A stretch of 64,000 bases of DNA from Octopus sinensis. Taxonomy: Eukaryota. The stretch covers positions 77,748,001 to 77,812,000 of the forward strand of contig NC_043002.1 in assembly GCF_006345805.1 (NCBI RefSeq). The letters are read 5' to 3'. Below, in pieces: positions 38,784 through 50,579 of the stretch. A program made the position numbers and the translations under genes. Within the stretch, counting starts at the first letter, position 1, and every line of letters begins with the position of its first letter. The notes beneath the pieces were generated by a model, which did not search any database, was not told the DNA's origin, and worked only from the letters and a program-made list of their open reading frames with translations.

Positions 38784-38962
<179 letters not shown>

Positions 38963-39113
38963 TTTTATATATTGCTAATATCATATCAAGCCAACTAAGA
39001 TTTATTCAGTTGTCACCCTCAGCTTTCCTTCCCTTCAATACCTCACTTGCATTTCCTTTTTAAATATACAAATCATTTGTCTTCCTGTAATCTGATTGAA
39101 TTTATATATATAT

Positions 39114-39155
<42 letters not shown>

Positions 39156-39681
39156 GCATGTGTATGTATGTGCGTGTGTGTGTGTGGTGTACATATATAT
39201 AGATATAGATACATTCACATACACATATTTATAGAGATATAGCTTACATTATATATACACACACACGCACTTATATATATATATACACATAATATAGATA
39301 CATACATACATATACACACACATACATACATACATACATACATACATACATTCATACACACGTATACATAAATACACACACACATACGTACACACAAAAT
39401 TTTAAGGGTATATTTTTTTTATCTTGCTTATTGTTATCAACATTTTCTCACTTCCAAATGCGTTTCCTATCCTTCCTTACCAGATTCCCCACTGAGTGCC
39501 TCAGGCACTTTCAGAGTGGTTTTTTTTTGGGGGGGGGGGGGGTATCATCAGTTTGTATAATTTTTTTTTTATTTCTGATATTTTTCTAAGTGTAATGAGC
39601 TCAACTGGTACATTTCATGGAGTGGAATCTAAAAAAGTATTCATGTTGTAGTCATCACTGCTACTTTTGATTAAAATGTGA

Positions 39682-39905
39682 AGGCACATGGCTTAGTGGT
39701 TAGGATGTTGGACTCGTGATTGTAAGATTGTGGTTTCAATTCCTGGACAGGGTGATGTGTTGTTTCCTTGGGCAAAATACTTCATTTCATGTTGCTCCAT
39801 TCCACTCAGATGGAAAAACTGAGAAATCCTGCGATGGACAGGGGTCCCATCCAGGGAGGAATATATACACCAAAGAAATTGGGAAGCCAGCCCTATACTC
39901 CTTAT
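39682..39905 (+). mobile_element. tRNA-derived SINE with CORE-like and V-like blocks
   Basis: TGGCTTAGTGG A box, ttgggcaaaatacttc, cctgcgatggacaggggtcccatccaggg. Confidence 0.7.
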
Positions 39906-39919
39906 GGAATAATATTCTT

Positions 39920-40102
39920 TGACTGTAGCCATGCTGGAACACTGCCTTAAAGGATTTTACTTGAAAAAAATCAACCCCAGGATCTACTCTTTGTAAGCCT
40001 AGTACTTATTCTATCAGTCACTTTTTCCAAACCACTAAGTTACAGGGACGTAAACATGACAACATTGGTTATCAAGTGATGGCAGGGGGACAAACACAGA
40101 CA

Positions 40103-40133
<31 letters not shown>

Positions 40134-40295
40134 CACACACACACACACACACATATATATATACGACGGGCTTCTTTCGGTTTCCATCTGCCAAAGCCAC
40201 TCACAAGGATGCTTGCCCAAGGTGCCATGCAGTGGGACTGAACCTGGTACCATGTGGTTGAGAAGTAAGCTTCTTACCACACAGCCACACCTGCA
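39920..40295 (-). mobile_element. SINE family A
   Basis: Family match. Confidence 0.85.
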
Positions 40296-40610
40296 GACTA
40301 ACCACTTTTAATTAATTCTTATAACAGCTGGAATCATGCACTAAAGTTTTCTCTACACTTTTTATTAATTTATCTTTTATCTTATGCTTGTTTCAGGCAT
40401 TTGACTGTGGCCATGCAGGAGCACTGCCTTGAAGGGTTTTTTAGTTGAACAAATCGACCCCTAGGATTTTTTTTTATAAGCCTGGTACTTACTCTATCGG
40501 TCACTTTTACCAAAATGCTAAGTTACAGGAACATAAACACACCAACACTGGTTGTCAAGTGGTGGTGGGGGACAAACACAGACACAAAGACACGCACACA
40601 TAAATATATA

Positions 40611-41864
40611 TCAGGTTGAGCAAAAAGTAAGCAAGATTTTGAACCATGAAGAATTTGTGCCAGATTTTTGCAGAGTTTTGAATTTTTTTTAAACATTTTT
40701 TTGCAATTGTCTGATAATACAGACATAGACTTGCCCAAATGCATCAATAAATTAACATTGATATTTTTTCACCGTTGTTACAATCAACTGAAATGAAACT
40801 GTTAAAACGTGATATTCGAGCAATTTTGCTATTCAACTCCAAAAAGGATGTAAAGCAGCTGAAACTGCTCACCATATCAACAAAATGTTTGGTGAGGAAA
40901 TGACTAGTGAGTGGTCAGCTTGAAAATGGCTTAAATGATTTTGCAGTGAAGACCTGAGCCTTGAAGATCGTGAGCATAGTGGGTGCCCATCTGTCATTGA
41001 TGATGGTCAATTAAAGACTTGTCATTGAGAAAGATCCACGTAAAACCACTCCAGAACTGAAAAAAGAACTTCAAATTAGCCAGAAAAGTGCCTACAACCA
41101 TTTGCAGGCAATCGGGAAATCAAAAAAACAATGGATACCACATGAATTGAATGAAAATCAGAAAATGCGCAGATATTAAATTTGCTCATCACTTCATCTC
41201 CGTAACCAGATCAATCCATTTCTCAACCATATTTTAACTTGCTACGAAAAGTGGATTTTGTACAATAATAAAAAACATTCTGCACAGTGGTTGAACCAAA
41301 ATAAAGCACCGTAAACCTTCCCTAAACCCAAGCTCTTCAAAGAGAAGGTTATAGTGACTGTTTGGTGGTGTACTGCTGGACTCATCTATTATAAATTCTT
41401 AAAACTTGGAAAAACCATTACTGCAGAAACTTATTACCATGAAATTGCCAAAATGAACAAAAACTGCTACTCTTCCATCCCAAACTGGTCAACAGAAGAG
41501 GGCCTATCATTCTTCATAACAATGCTCCACCACACACAGAAGTTGAGGGAACTTGGCTATGAAGTTCTTCCTCAACCAGCTGATTCCCTAGATGTTTCTC
41601 CTACTGACTACCACTTTTTCAAGCACCTTGATAGTTTCCTGCAAGAGAAGGAGTTTAAAAATCAAACAGATGCTGAAAGTGCATTCAAAAAATCTATTGG
41701 CTCCAGAACTCCATATTTTTATGTTACCGGAATAAACAAACTTGTAACTCGGCAAAAATGTCATGATTGTAATGGTACTTACTTTGATGAATAAAATTTC
41801 TGCATTGTTGAAATATATTGCAATGAATTTCATGCTTCAAAACGTTGCTTACTTTTTACTCACC

Positions 41865-41868
<4 letters not shown>
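40611..41868 (+). mobile_element. Full-length mariner (Hsmar1-like, cecropia-type), 1258 bp
   Basis: TA|TCAGGTTGAGCAAAAAGTAAGCAAGATTTTGAA and the matching right TIR ...TTACTCACCCTGA|TA. Confidence 0.95.
40793..41794 (+). pseudogene. Mariner DD34D transposase, inactivated
   Basis: KAAETAHHIN, WIPHEL, TCYEKW (D>Y), VTVWW, HNNAPPH (D>N), SPTDYHFFKHL, with several stops and frameshifts. Confidence 0.95.
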
Positions 41869-41892
<24 letters not shown>

Positions 41893-41900
<8 letters not shown>

Positions 41901-42067
41901 GTGACAATTAGTTGGTTGTCATAATAAAACTCAGAATTCCGGATGCCGGTCTGAAGTCTGCTCCGGCATCTCATCAGTTATAAATAACTGATGTGATGCC
42001 AGATCAGAATTCAGCCATGGTATCTGAAAGTTTTATTATGACAACCAACTAATTGTCACATATTATA
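41893..42067. mobile_element. 175-bp palindromic element made of two divergent HHR-like motifs
   Basis: Perfect outer arms of about 39 bp and an inner axis at ttat-aa-ataa. CTGATGA/CTGATGT are each followed by a 7-8 bp helix II. Confidence 0.75.
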
Positions 42068-42144
42068 TTTATAGATAAATTCCTCTATTTTACATAATTT
42101 TGAGGTCTCATTCATTCTTTTGTTGTCATATTATTATTATTAAA

Positions 42145-42205
<61 letters not shown>

Positions 42206-42213
42206 ATATATAT

Positions 42214-42385
42214 GCCGGTGGCATGTAAAAGCACCCACTACACTCTTGGAGTGGTTGGCGTTAGGAAAGGCATCCAGCTGTAGATTGTAGCTTGGTGCAG
42301 CCATCTGGTTCGCCAGTCCTCAGTCAAATCGACCAACCCATGCTAGCATGGAAAGTGGACGTTAAACAATGATGATGATGAGGAG
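42214..42385 (+). mobile_element. RTE 3' tail in (TA)n
   Basis: Family match. Confidence 0.85.
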
Positions 42386-42422
42386 GAGGATATATATATA
42401 TATAATATATATATATATATAT

Positions 42423-42465
<43 letters not shown>

Positions 42466-43081
42466 CATATAAATATATATACACACACACATATACATAT
42501 ATGACAGGCTTCTTTCAGTTTCTGCCAACCAAATCCACTCACAAGGCTTTGGTCAACCCAAGGCTATAGTAGAAGACACTTACCCAAGGTGCCATGCAGT
42601 GGGACTGAACCCAGAACCATGAGGTTGGGAAGCAAGCTTACCACACAGCCAATTTATAGCCTTTCACAATAACTCTTGTATATATACTTTCTACATGCTA
42701 TGTAATATGAATCTTGCCATTTCAGCCATCTATTTTCCCTTTTTCACAGTTTTTCCCAATTTTTTCACACTTCTTCACTTTTTCATTTTTTCACCTTCTC
42801 TCGTCTTGTTCTTATGCACTTTTAACTTCATTTAACTTCTCTTACCTTAACTTCCCCTTAACTTCCCTTGATTTATTCAGTTACAATATCTCATCCCACT
42901 TCCTTTACCTTCCTAACCTCTCTTCATAACAGCGTTACCCTATCATCTTTCTTTCTAAACTATCTGTGTGCTACAGAACTGCTCTCAATCAGGACTGACT
43001 TTTAAATTACACATCAACAACATCCCACTTGGCAATTTATTTGCAATTTCACTGTTTTACCAGAAGAGAATGATACAGATG

Positions 43082-43503
43082 CAGGCATGGTTATGTGGCT
43101 AAGAAGCTTGCTTTTGCAACCATGTGGTTTCAAGTTCAGTCCCACTGCATGGCACTTTGGGCAAATATTTTCTTCTATAACCTTGGATCAACCAATGCTT
43201 TGTGTGTTAATTTAGTAGATGGAGTCTGTTTGGGGAGCCTAGTGTGTGTATTTGTGTGCAGGCATGTGTGTGTGTGTGTGTGTGTGCATATGTAGATGTG
43301 TATTTCTTTGTGTTTGTCCCACCACTGCTTGATAATTGGTGCTGGTTTGTTTGCATTCCTACAACTTAGAGGTTTAGCAAAAGAGAATAAGGCACCAGAC
43401 TTAAAGATAAGAATGGAGTGGGGAAGGGGTCAATTTATTTGACTAAATCCTTCAAGGTTGTGCCCCAATATGACCACAGTCCAATGAATGAAACAAGTAA
43501 AAG
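43082..43503 (+). mobile_element. SINE family A, diverged
   Basis: Head, (TG)n and 3' domain. Confidence 0.75.
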
Positions 43504-44187
43504 GTACTCTTTCTTCCCCTTTTATAGTTTCTTGAAGAATTGCCTTTGCAAAGTCACTGGATCTCATTATACAAGTTACACCATCTGAGCTCTCTATCTT
43601 CACGATTGTAAGATGTTTTTTTTATTTTTTTTATTTGGGCCTGTGTGATTCTCAATGGCTTCATGAACCTGCTCATTTGTGAAATGCTCCCAAGTACCAG
43701 CTGCCTAAGATGTTATGACATCATCTTATCTTTAATGTCTGCCTCTTTCTCTTTGTCTCAGTAGTGGAAGTCCATATCTTAAATGTGTACAGGAAGATGG
43801 ACAGTATCAATCCCAGCAGGAATCTAATTCTGCTCTTCATAACTATATTTCTACGTTTAATACAAGCCAACTATGTAATGATCAAAAAGTCAATTAAATA
43901 ACCACATAGTAGGTCTAATGCAGTTAAACACCTTTACATATAGACTGGAACATTCTATAGTGAATGTCAAAGAGACTCCCTTGAATGCAACAATCCATGA
44001 TGAAGATGATTGCATTAAAGTTCTAGACTTCTCAAAGTGCTACAGTGGAGCTTGAGTTAGGGCATTCAGAAGTGGTACTTCTGTGTACTTCCTCAAAAGT
44101 ATGTGTGTATACTATGATTCTTGAAAGAATTCAAAAGATCCAGAATGTATATGAATCCCTGTTGCTCTCTTGTCTCAGAAACTGAAA

Positions 44188-44578
44188 GAGAATATGTTGG
44201 TATCAGGTAGAAAATGTGTTAATACCAATAGAGAATATGTTAGTACTAAATAGGAAATATGTTAGTACCAAGTAAAGAATATGTTAGTACAGGATAGAGA
44301 AAAGTTAATACCATGCAAAGAATATGTTAGTACCAGATAGAGAATATGTTAGCACTAGATATGAAATATGTTAGTACCAAGTAGAGAATATGTTAGTAGC
44401 ATGTAAAGAATATGTTAGTACCAGGCAGAGAATATGTTAGCAACAGATAGAGAATATGTTAGTATTAGATAGGAAATATGTTAGGACTGAGTTGAGAATA
44501 TGTTAGTACCAGATGGAGAATATGTTAGTAACAGGTTGAGATTATGTCAGCAACATATAGAGAATATGTTAGTACCAT
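44188..44578. repeat. 22-bp minisatellite (AGAGAATATGTTAGTACCAGAT), about 18 copies
   Basis: Seen directly. The GAAATATG variant recurs at 44254, 44363 and 44473. Confidence 0.95.
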
Positions 44579-45204
44579 ACTGACTCATTTTGTTTTATGT
44601 AACTGGAAATACCATAAGCAAGGGATGTAACATTGAACATAAGAATGAAATTAGATATATTTGTTCTCTTAGACTTTGTCCATAAAGCAAAATTTTAATG
44701 AACACTCTTGAGGTTTCCATAGAACTTTTCCTGTCTTCTAGGGTTTGTTGTCATTACTATTTAGTCACAGGTCAGCCCTGATCAAGGAAACTTATCAAAT
44801 CTTAGGTAACAGTAACATATATCACTAATAGTACAGCAAGTCTGTAAGTACATCTAACAGTACAAGGACAACTATTTCTGCTTGTCTATTTAATATCTTT
44901 CTGCCAATATTCATAAATCTCCTCACAAGGATGACAATTTAACAATTTATAACAGTTGACTGAATCAGAGACACAAATAATAGAATCTCAGAATAATGGT
45001 AATTTGAATAGTTATTTTATTATATATTTTATTTTATTTTATTTATCATTCATTTTTTTTTTTTTTGTGAGTGTGATATAATTTTGTTCAGTGAAACGTT
45101 GTTATAAACTATCAATTGGCTATTGATTAAGTTCCACAGATTCACATTTCACAATTGAGAAACTATAACAAAATAGATTTTACTTTAGTTCATTCTACTT
45201 TATT

Positions 45205-45462
45205 ATTTATCTTTTACTTGCTTAAGTCATTGGACAACAAGCATGCTGGGGCATCACCTTCAATAGTTTAGTTGAACTAATTGACCCCCAGTACTTATTT
45301 TTCCCAAAGCCTGATACTTAGTCTATTGCTCTCTTTTGCTGAATCACTAAGTTACAAGGACATAAACAAATCAACACCAGTTGTCAAGTAGTGGTGGGGG
45401 ACAAACACAAAGACAAAGAAATACACATGTAGATATATATACAAAAATAAGTACATGTGTGT

Positions 45463-45535
<73 letters not shown>

Positions 45536-45705
45536 CATGAGAGCTTTCTTTCTGTTTCTATCTACCAAATCAACTCACAAAGCTTTCGTTGGCTTGAAGC
45601 TATAGTAGAAGACTATTGCCCAAGGTGCCATGCAGTAAGATTGAACTCAGAACCATGTGGTTGGAAAACAAACTTCTTATCATATAGCCAAGCTTGTGCC
45701 TATAT
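45205..45705 (-). mobile_element. SINE family A with expanded (GT)n
   Basis: Family match. Confidence 0.8.
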
Positions 45706-46774
45706 ACAGCCACAGCTGTGCCTATTTATATATTTCTTTTGTCTTTTTTTTATATATATATATATATATATATTGCCTATTTCTACTAATATATTCTGTA
45801 AAATTTACCTCAGTAAATATCAGTAAACACCACTGTATTCTGGAGCTACAATGTAGAACAGGGCAACTCAGTAAAATAATGTACACAACAAAGAAACAAA
45901 AACTACACTTATCACAAATTATTCACTGTGTTTATAACTTTGACATTTTCTTTTGGATGTGACATATTAGCTATAAAGACATTAGTTGCAACTAAAAAAT
46001 AAAACGAACAAGAAATATTATATGTCAGCTGCTAGAAAAGTTAAAATCAAAATTAAGCTAAGGCAAAAATCCATCCAAGCTACTCAGAATGAATCTGCCA
46101 AGCATTAGTAGCTAAAATGGAGCTGGAATTTTATCAACAAAGAAAATTAAAAGAAAACGTTTCAGTGGAGGATTTTGTAAAGATGAATTCTATGTTTAAT
46201 ATCCAAACTACTGACAACATTCTATCCAAGTGTTGTAATAAATCCTTATTGTTTTATATGTAAAGAAAATATGATCCAAAATCTGGAACATAACCTCAGA
46301 ACATAACCCATGAGGAAGGCTTAGTTCAACTTAATATGCAAGATTTAAAGATCCAAAAATAGTTCCATGTGCAGCATTAATCCAGACTGTTGAATTGATT
46401 AGTTGGTGGAAAGCTTACAATTCTGGATTGACTTAGACTTTTATTCAGAAAAATACAATGAGTAACTAATCAATATTTAAATCATAGTTTCATATTTATA
46501 GTTTCTTTATCATAATACCACACATGCATATTTATGTACATCTATCCAAGATTCCATTTTCCATATAAAAAGCTGCTTACATAACAGCTATTCCTCAATA
46601 ATTAACACTCATTCCATTGCTAACGCACCCATTGTTGATCTGTGTCCTCTTTCTGTGTTTTTTAGTCACAAAAATTACTTCCATCTTCCTTGCACTTGCT
46701 GACTCTATATGACATCCATATGAATTCAATCAATGCACACAGCTGACATCTTCCCATCAATCATCCATATTTAA

Positions 46775-46982
46775 ACCCTTTTGATACCATCCTACCTGAG
46801 ACTGCCTCTATTTCTACAATACAAATTCCATTTTAAAGTGATCTAAATTAAAGCCTTCCATCATAATTTCAAATTAATTTGTATTCTAAACATCAGCTTA
46901 ATAATGACATAGTTTTTCATTATTTTGAAAATTGATTGAAATACAGGCAATGTATTTCAGCAGAAATATGGTAACAAAAGAA
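46775..46982. mobile_element. Probable piggyBac-type MITE
   Basis: TTAA|ACCCTTTTGATACC ... GGTAACAAAAGAA|TTAA. Confidence 0.5.
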
Positions 46983-47329
46983 TTAATTTCCAAATGTCAT
47001 ATAGAATTATTTTCCAATCCCATTTTCCAACAATGCTTCCCTTTCCTGCACTTATTTTTCATTAATTGTTTGCCTGCAGTAATTCAAACTGAATATTAAT
47101 AGTACTAACTACACTCAATTATCCTCCTTACCTCTTACTTAAGGAAGGCACAAAATCACTATGCCTACTGACACTAAACAATAATAATGGTTTGTTCTTT
47201 TTAACCAAAGAGCAAGGCCTCAAATTTAGAGGATTGGTACAGTCAATTAGATAAACATGCCACCATCACCACCTAGTACTCAACTGGAACTTATTTTACC
47301 AACCCCAGAAGAGTAAATGATAAGTTGAA

Positions 47330-48080
47330 ATAGGTGTAGGTGGACTGTAGTAAGAAGTTTGCTTCCCAACCACATGGTTCCAGGTTCAGTCCCATTGCAT
47401 GGCACCTTGGGCAAGTGTCTTCTAATATAGCCTCAGGCCAACAAAAGCCTTGTGAATGGATCTGGATGGGATGCCACTCCATCGCAAGATTACTCATTTT
47501 TACCGGCTGAGTGGACTGGAGCAGTATGAAATGAAGTGTTTGCTCAAGAACACAACCCATCATCTGGTCCAGGAATTGAACCTGCAATCTTATGATCATG
47601 AGTCCAACACTAAGCCATGAATAAAATTGTTAAATGCTTTCCCTTTCATCATACACATAAAGAGAAATATTCTCTTTTACTTGTTTCAGTCATTTGACTG
47701 TGGCCATGCTGGAGCACTGCCTTTTAGTCGCACAAATCGACTCTAGGACTTATTCTTTGTAAGCCTAGTACTTATTCTATCAGTATCTTTTGCCGAACTG
47801 CTAAGTTACGAGGACGTAAACACACCACCATCAGTTGTCAAGTGATGTTGGGGGGACAAACACAGACACACAAAGATATACACACATACATATATATATA
47901 TATATATACATATATACGATGGGCTTCTTTTAGTTTCTGTCTACCAAATCCACTCACAAGGCTTTGGTCAGCCTGAGTCTATAGTAGAAGACATTTGCCC
48001 AAGGTGCCACACAGTGGGAATGAACCCGGAACCATATGGTTGGTAAGCAAGCTACTTACCACACAGCCACCCCTGCGCCT
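47330..48080. mobile_element. SINE cluster: A head (+), CORE/V SINE (-, 47460-47620), full A (-, 47675-48080)
   Basis: Family matches. Confidence 0.8.
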
Positions 48081-48782
48081 ATATATTCACACTTAAACAG
48101 AGAGATTGAGAGGGAGAGCAAGAGAGAAGGAGAGGGAGAGAATGAGAGAAACACTAAAACATCTTATATCAAACAAACCAGCTTCGAATCAGTGGCATCA
48201 AATAAACAGTGCCAAAATGACTGCTAAAATGTCTGATACATCCTTGATAATTACAGCAGGCTGGATGGATATGATATCATGGAATATTGGTGAGTTCACT
48301 GTAAAGTAAACCAAGTTGATGACTCAGTTTTGATTCCCAGTAGTAAGTGTTTCACTTCACTTACAGCGATAATGTTATTTTCATTTAAAAACTTGAAACA
48401 ACTTGTGCAGGAGAATGAAATGTTTCCAGAACTTAAAACTAATTGGTCCAAGATTATAAGTTCAGACCCTGTATAAGCTACTATGCTTAGAAGGATGGAA
48501 GGATGGATGGATGAATGGATGAATAAATGAATAATAACATTTATAAAATACTACAATTGCTTATATCATAAAGTCTAGACAGTAGTGATGTAAAGATACA
48601 ATAGATTACAGTTCAATATATATCAAAGAATGGTGTGATTCACTCTTAGTGTAATGGCATAAAGATCACAGAATATATACTTTGTGGCTTAGAAAGAAAT
48701 AAACTATGGCCCAACTCTGCAATTCAAAAATAATGTTTCTAGGATAATTATTGGCAAACTTTTAATAAGAACAAGATTAGAA

Positions 48783-48952
48783 ATAACTACAGAAGAAATG
48801 CTATATATATATATATCACTAATACAAGTAAGAATTTGTATATCAAATAATTCAGAGACACCAGCCGCATGGAAAACAATAGCTAAGTTATTGTTAACAT
48901 ATTCAATGCATGGAGCATTAAAAACCAACTATAGATAAATATACATTGAGAA
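48783..48952. repeat. 170-bp arm of an inverted repeat (partner 49946-50115)
   Basis: 3 mismatches by eye. Confidence 0.9.
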
Positions 48953-48994
48953 TGAAAAGGCACAACCATGTCTATGATGGGCACATGCATGTCT

Positions 48995-49400
48995 ATGTGG
49001 TTAAGAGACATACTTCCAACCAATTGGCTTCAAGTTCAATCCCAAAGTATGGCACCTTGGGCAAGTGTCTTTAGCTGTAGCACTGAGTAGGCGAAAGCCT
49101 TGTGAGTGGATTTGGTAGGCAGAAATTGAAAGAAATTTGTCAAATATGTATTTATATGCGTGTATGTGTGTGTGTGTTCTTAACATCACATGATAGTTCT
49201 AAGCAAGTGTCACTGTCATACAAGCAGTGTCATTGATTGCCAGTCTTCCATGAAAAACATGTTCAGGTATGGGGAAATAATATCTTTGTTTGGAAACAGG
49301 TGCATGATGGGAATATGAAGAACATCCAGCTGTAGATAATCTTCCTCAATGAACTCTGTCTACCTCACGTAAAGTGGACTTTAAACTGATGAGGATGACA
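48995..49400 (+). mobile_element. SINE with an A-type head and an RTE-type tail
   Basis: Head matches family A. The end catccagctgtaga...gtggactttaaactgatgagg matches the RTE tail. Confidence 0.7.
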
Positions 49401-49945
49401 ATTAAAAAATTTTTTATTAGTTTGTAACTAATCTTTTATTTATATTTATTTTCAGTACGAGTAGTAGGGGAAATAAGTTCAAACATGTTTCCTTCTTTTC
49501 CTAACCTCTTCAGTATTGCTGAAGCAGAAATGAACAAATCTTTAACTAAATATAGAAATTGCATATTTATTGGAATAGGGAAGTAAAATTCTTAGGAGAT
49601 GAAAAAAAAAAACAATAAAGATGCCAACTGTGTATGTGTGACTGAGGAAGTCAGAAAAAAATACAAAATAAGTCTGGTTGTTTCTCATACTGGCCTAAAA
49701 ATAAATAAATGATATTAATCATTAAATAATGTCATTTTTTTCTCATCTATGCACATTTATTTCTAATTTGTTTTTCTAGTGTTCCATGAATTATATATTG
49801 TTATGAAAAAAGTTAGGCATAACTGTGTGGTTAGCAAAACTCACTTTACAACCCAATGGCTTTAGGTTCAGTCCCACTGTGAGACACCTTGGGCAATCAA
49901 TGTTTTGTAAATGGATTTTCTAGGTGGAAACTGTGTGGAAGCTCG

Positions 49946-50113
49946 TTCTCAATGTATATTTATCTATAGTTGGTTTTTAATGTTCCATGCATTAAATATG
50001 TTAACAATAACATAGCTATTGTTTTCCATGCGGCTGGTGTCTCTGAATTATTTGATATACAAATTCTTACTTGTATTAGTGATATATATATATATAGCAT
50101 TTCTTCTGTAGTT

Positions 50114-50115
<2 letters not shown>
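49946..50115. repeat. 170-bp arm of an inverted repeat (partner 48783-48952)
   Basis: Reverse complement of 48783-48952. Confidence 0.9.
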
Positions 50116-50156
<41 letters not shown>

Positions 50157-50159
50157 ATA

Positions 50160-50259
50160 CCCTCCTTCTTTCTGTTTTTCCTGAGCGTCCAATAATACTA
50201 TACTTGTTCCACATCCTCATGTTGTTGTTTTCCCTTTGTGTTTTCATGCTTGGATTAAC

Positions 50260-50305
<46 letters not shown>

Positions 50306-50495
50306 ATCCAAACATGAAAACAAAGAGAAAACACAACAACGCGAGGACGTGGAACAAGTATAATGTTATCGGAGCCTCAGGAAAGGAAAGAAAGAAGGAG
50401 GATTTAACGTTTCAAGCAGAGCTCTTTGTCAGAAACATAACAAAAGGAAAGATCCAAGGAAGGGAAGACAGACGAAAAAAATCGCCACAATACAC
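50160..50495. mobile_element. Two family P3 ends tail-to-tail around (TA)n, with an HHR-like motif at 50402-50436 (-)
   Basis: 50160-50261 is the diverged reverse complement of 50300-50402. The minus strand reads GTTT-CTGACAA-A-GAGC(TCT)GCTT-GAAA-CG-TT-AAAT. Confidence 0.75.
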
Positions 50496-50535
50496 ACGCG
50501 GTCACATATATATATATATAATATATATTATATAT

Positions 50536-50579
<44 letters not shown>

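Larger units (their letters stand above)
40380..42650 (-). mobile_element. SINE family A split by nested insertions (halves 40380-40610 and 42495-42650)
   Basis: Colinear halves enclose a mariner, a palindromic element and an RTE tail. Confidence 0.8.

Noticed and set aside
44188-44578. CRISPR-like look (constant core plus variable linker)
   Set aside because: The period is only 22 bp, the linkers are related to each other, the context is eukaryotic and there are no cas genes.
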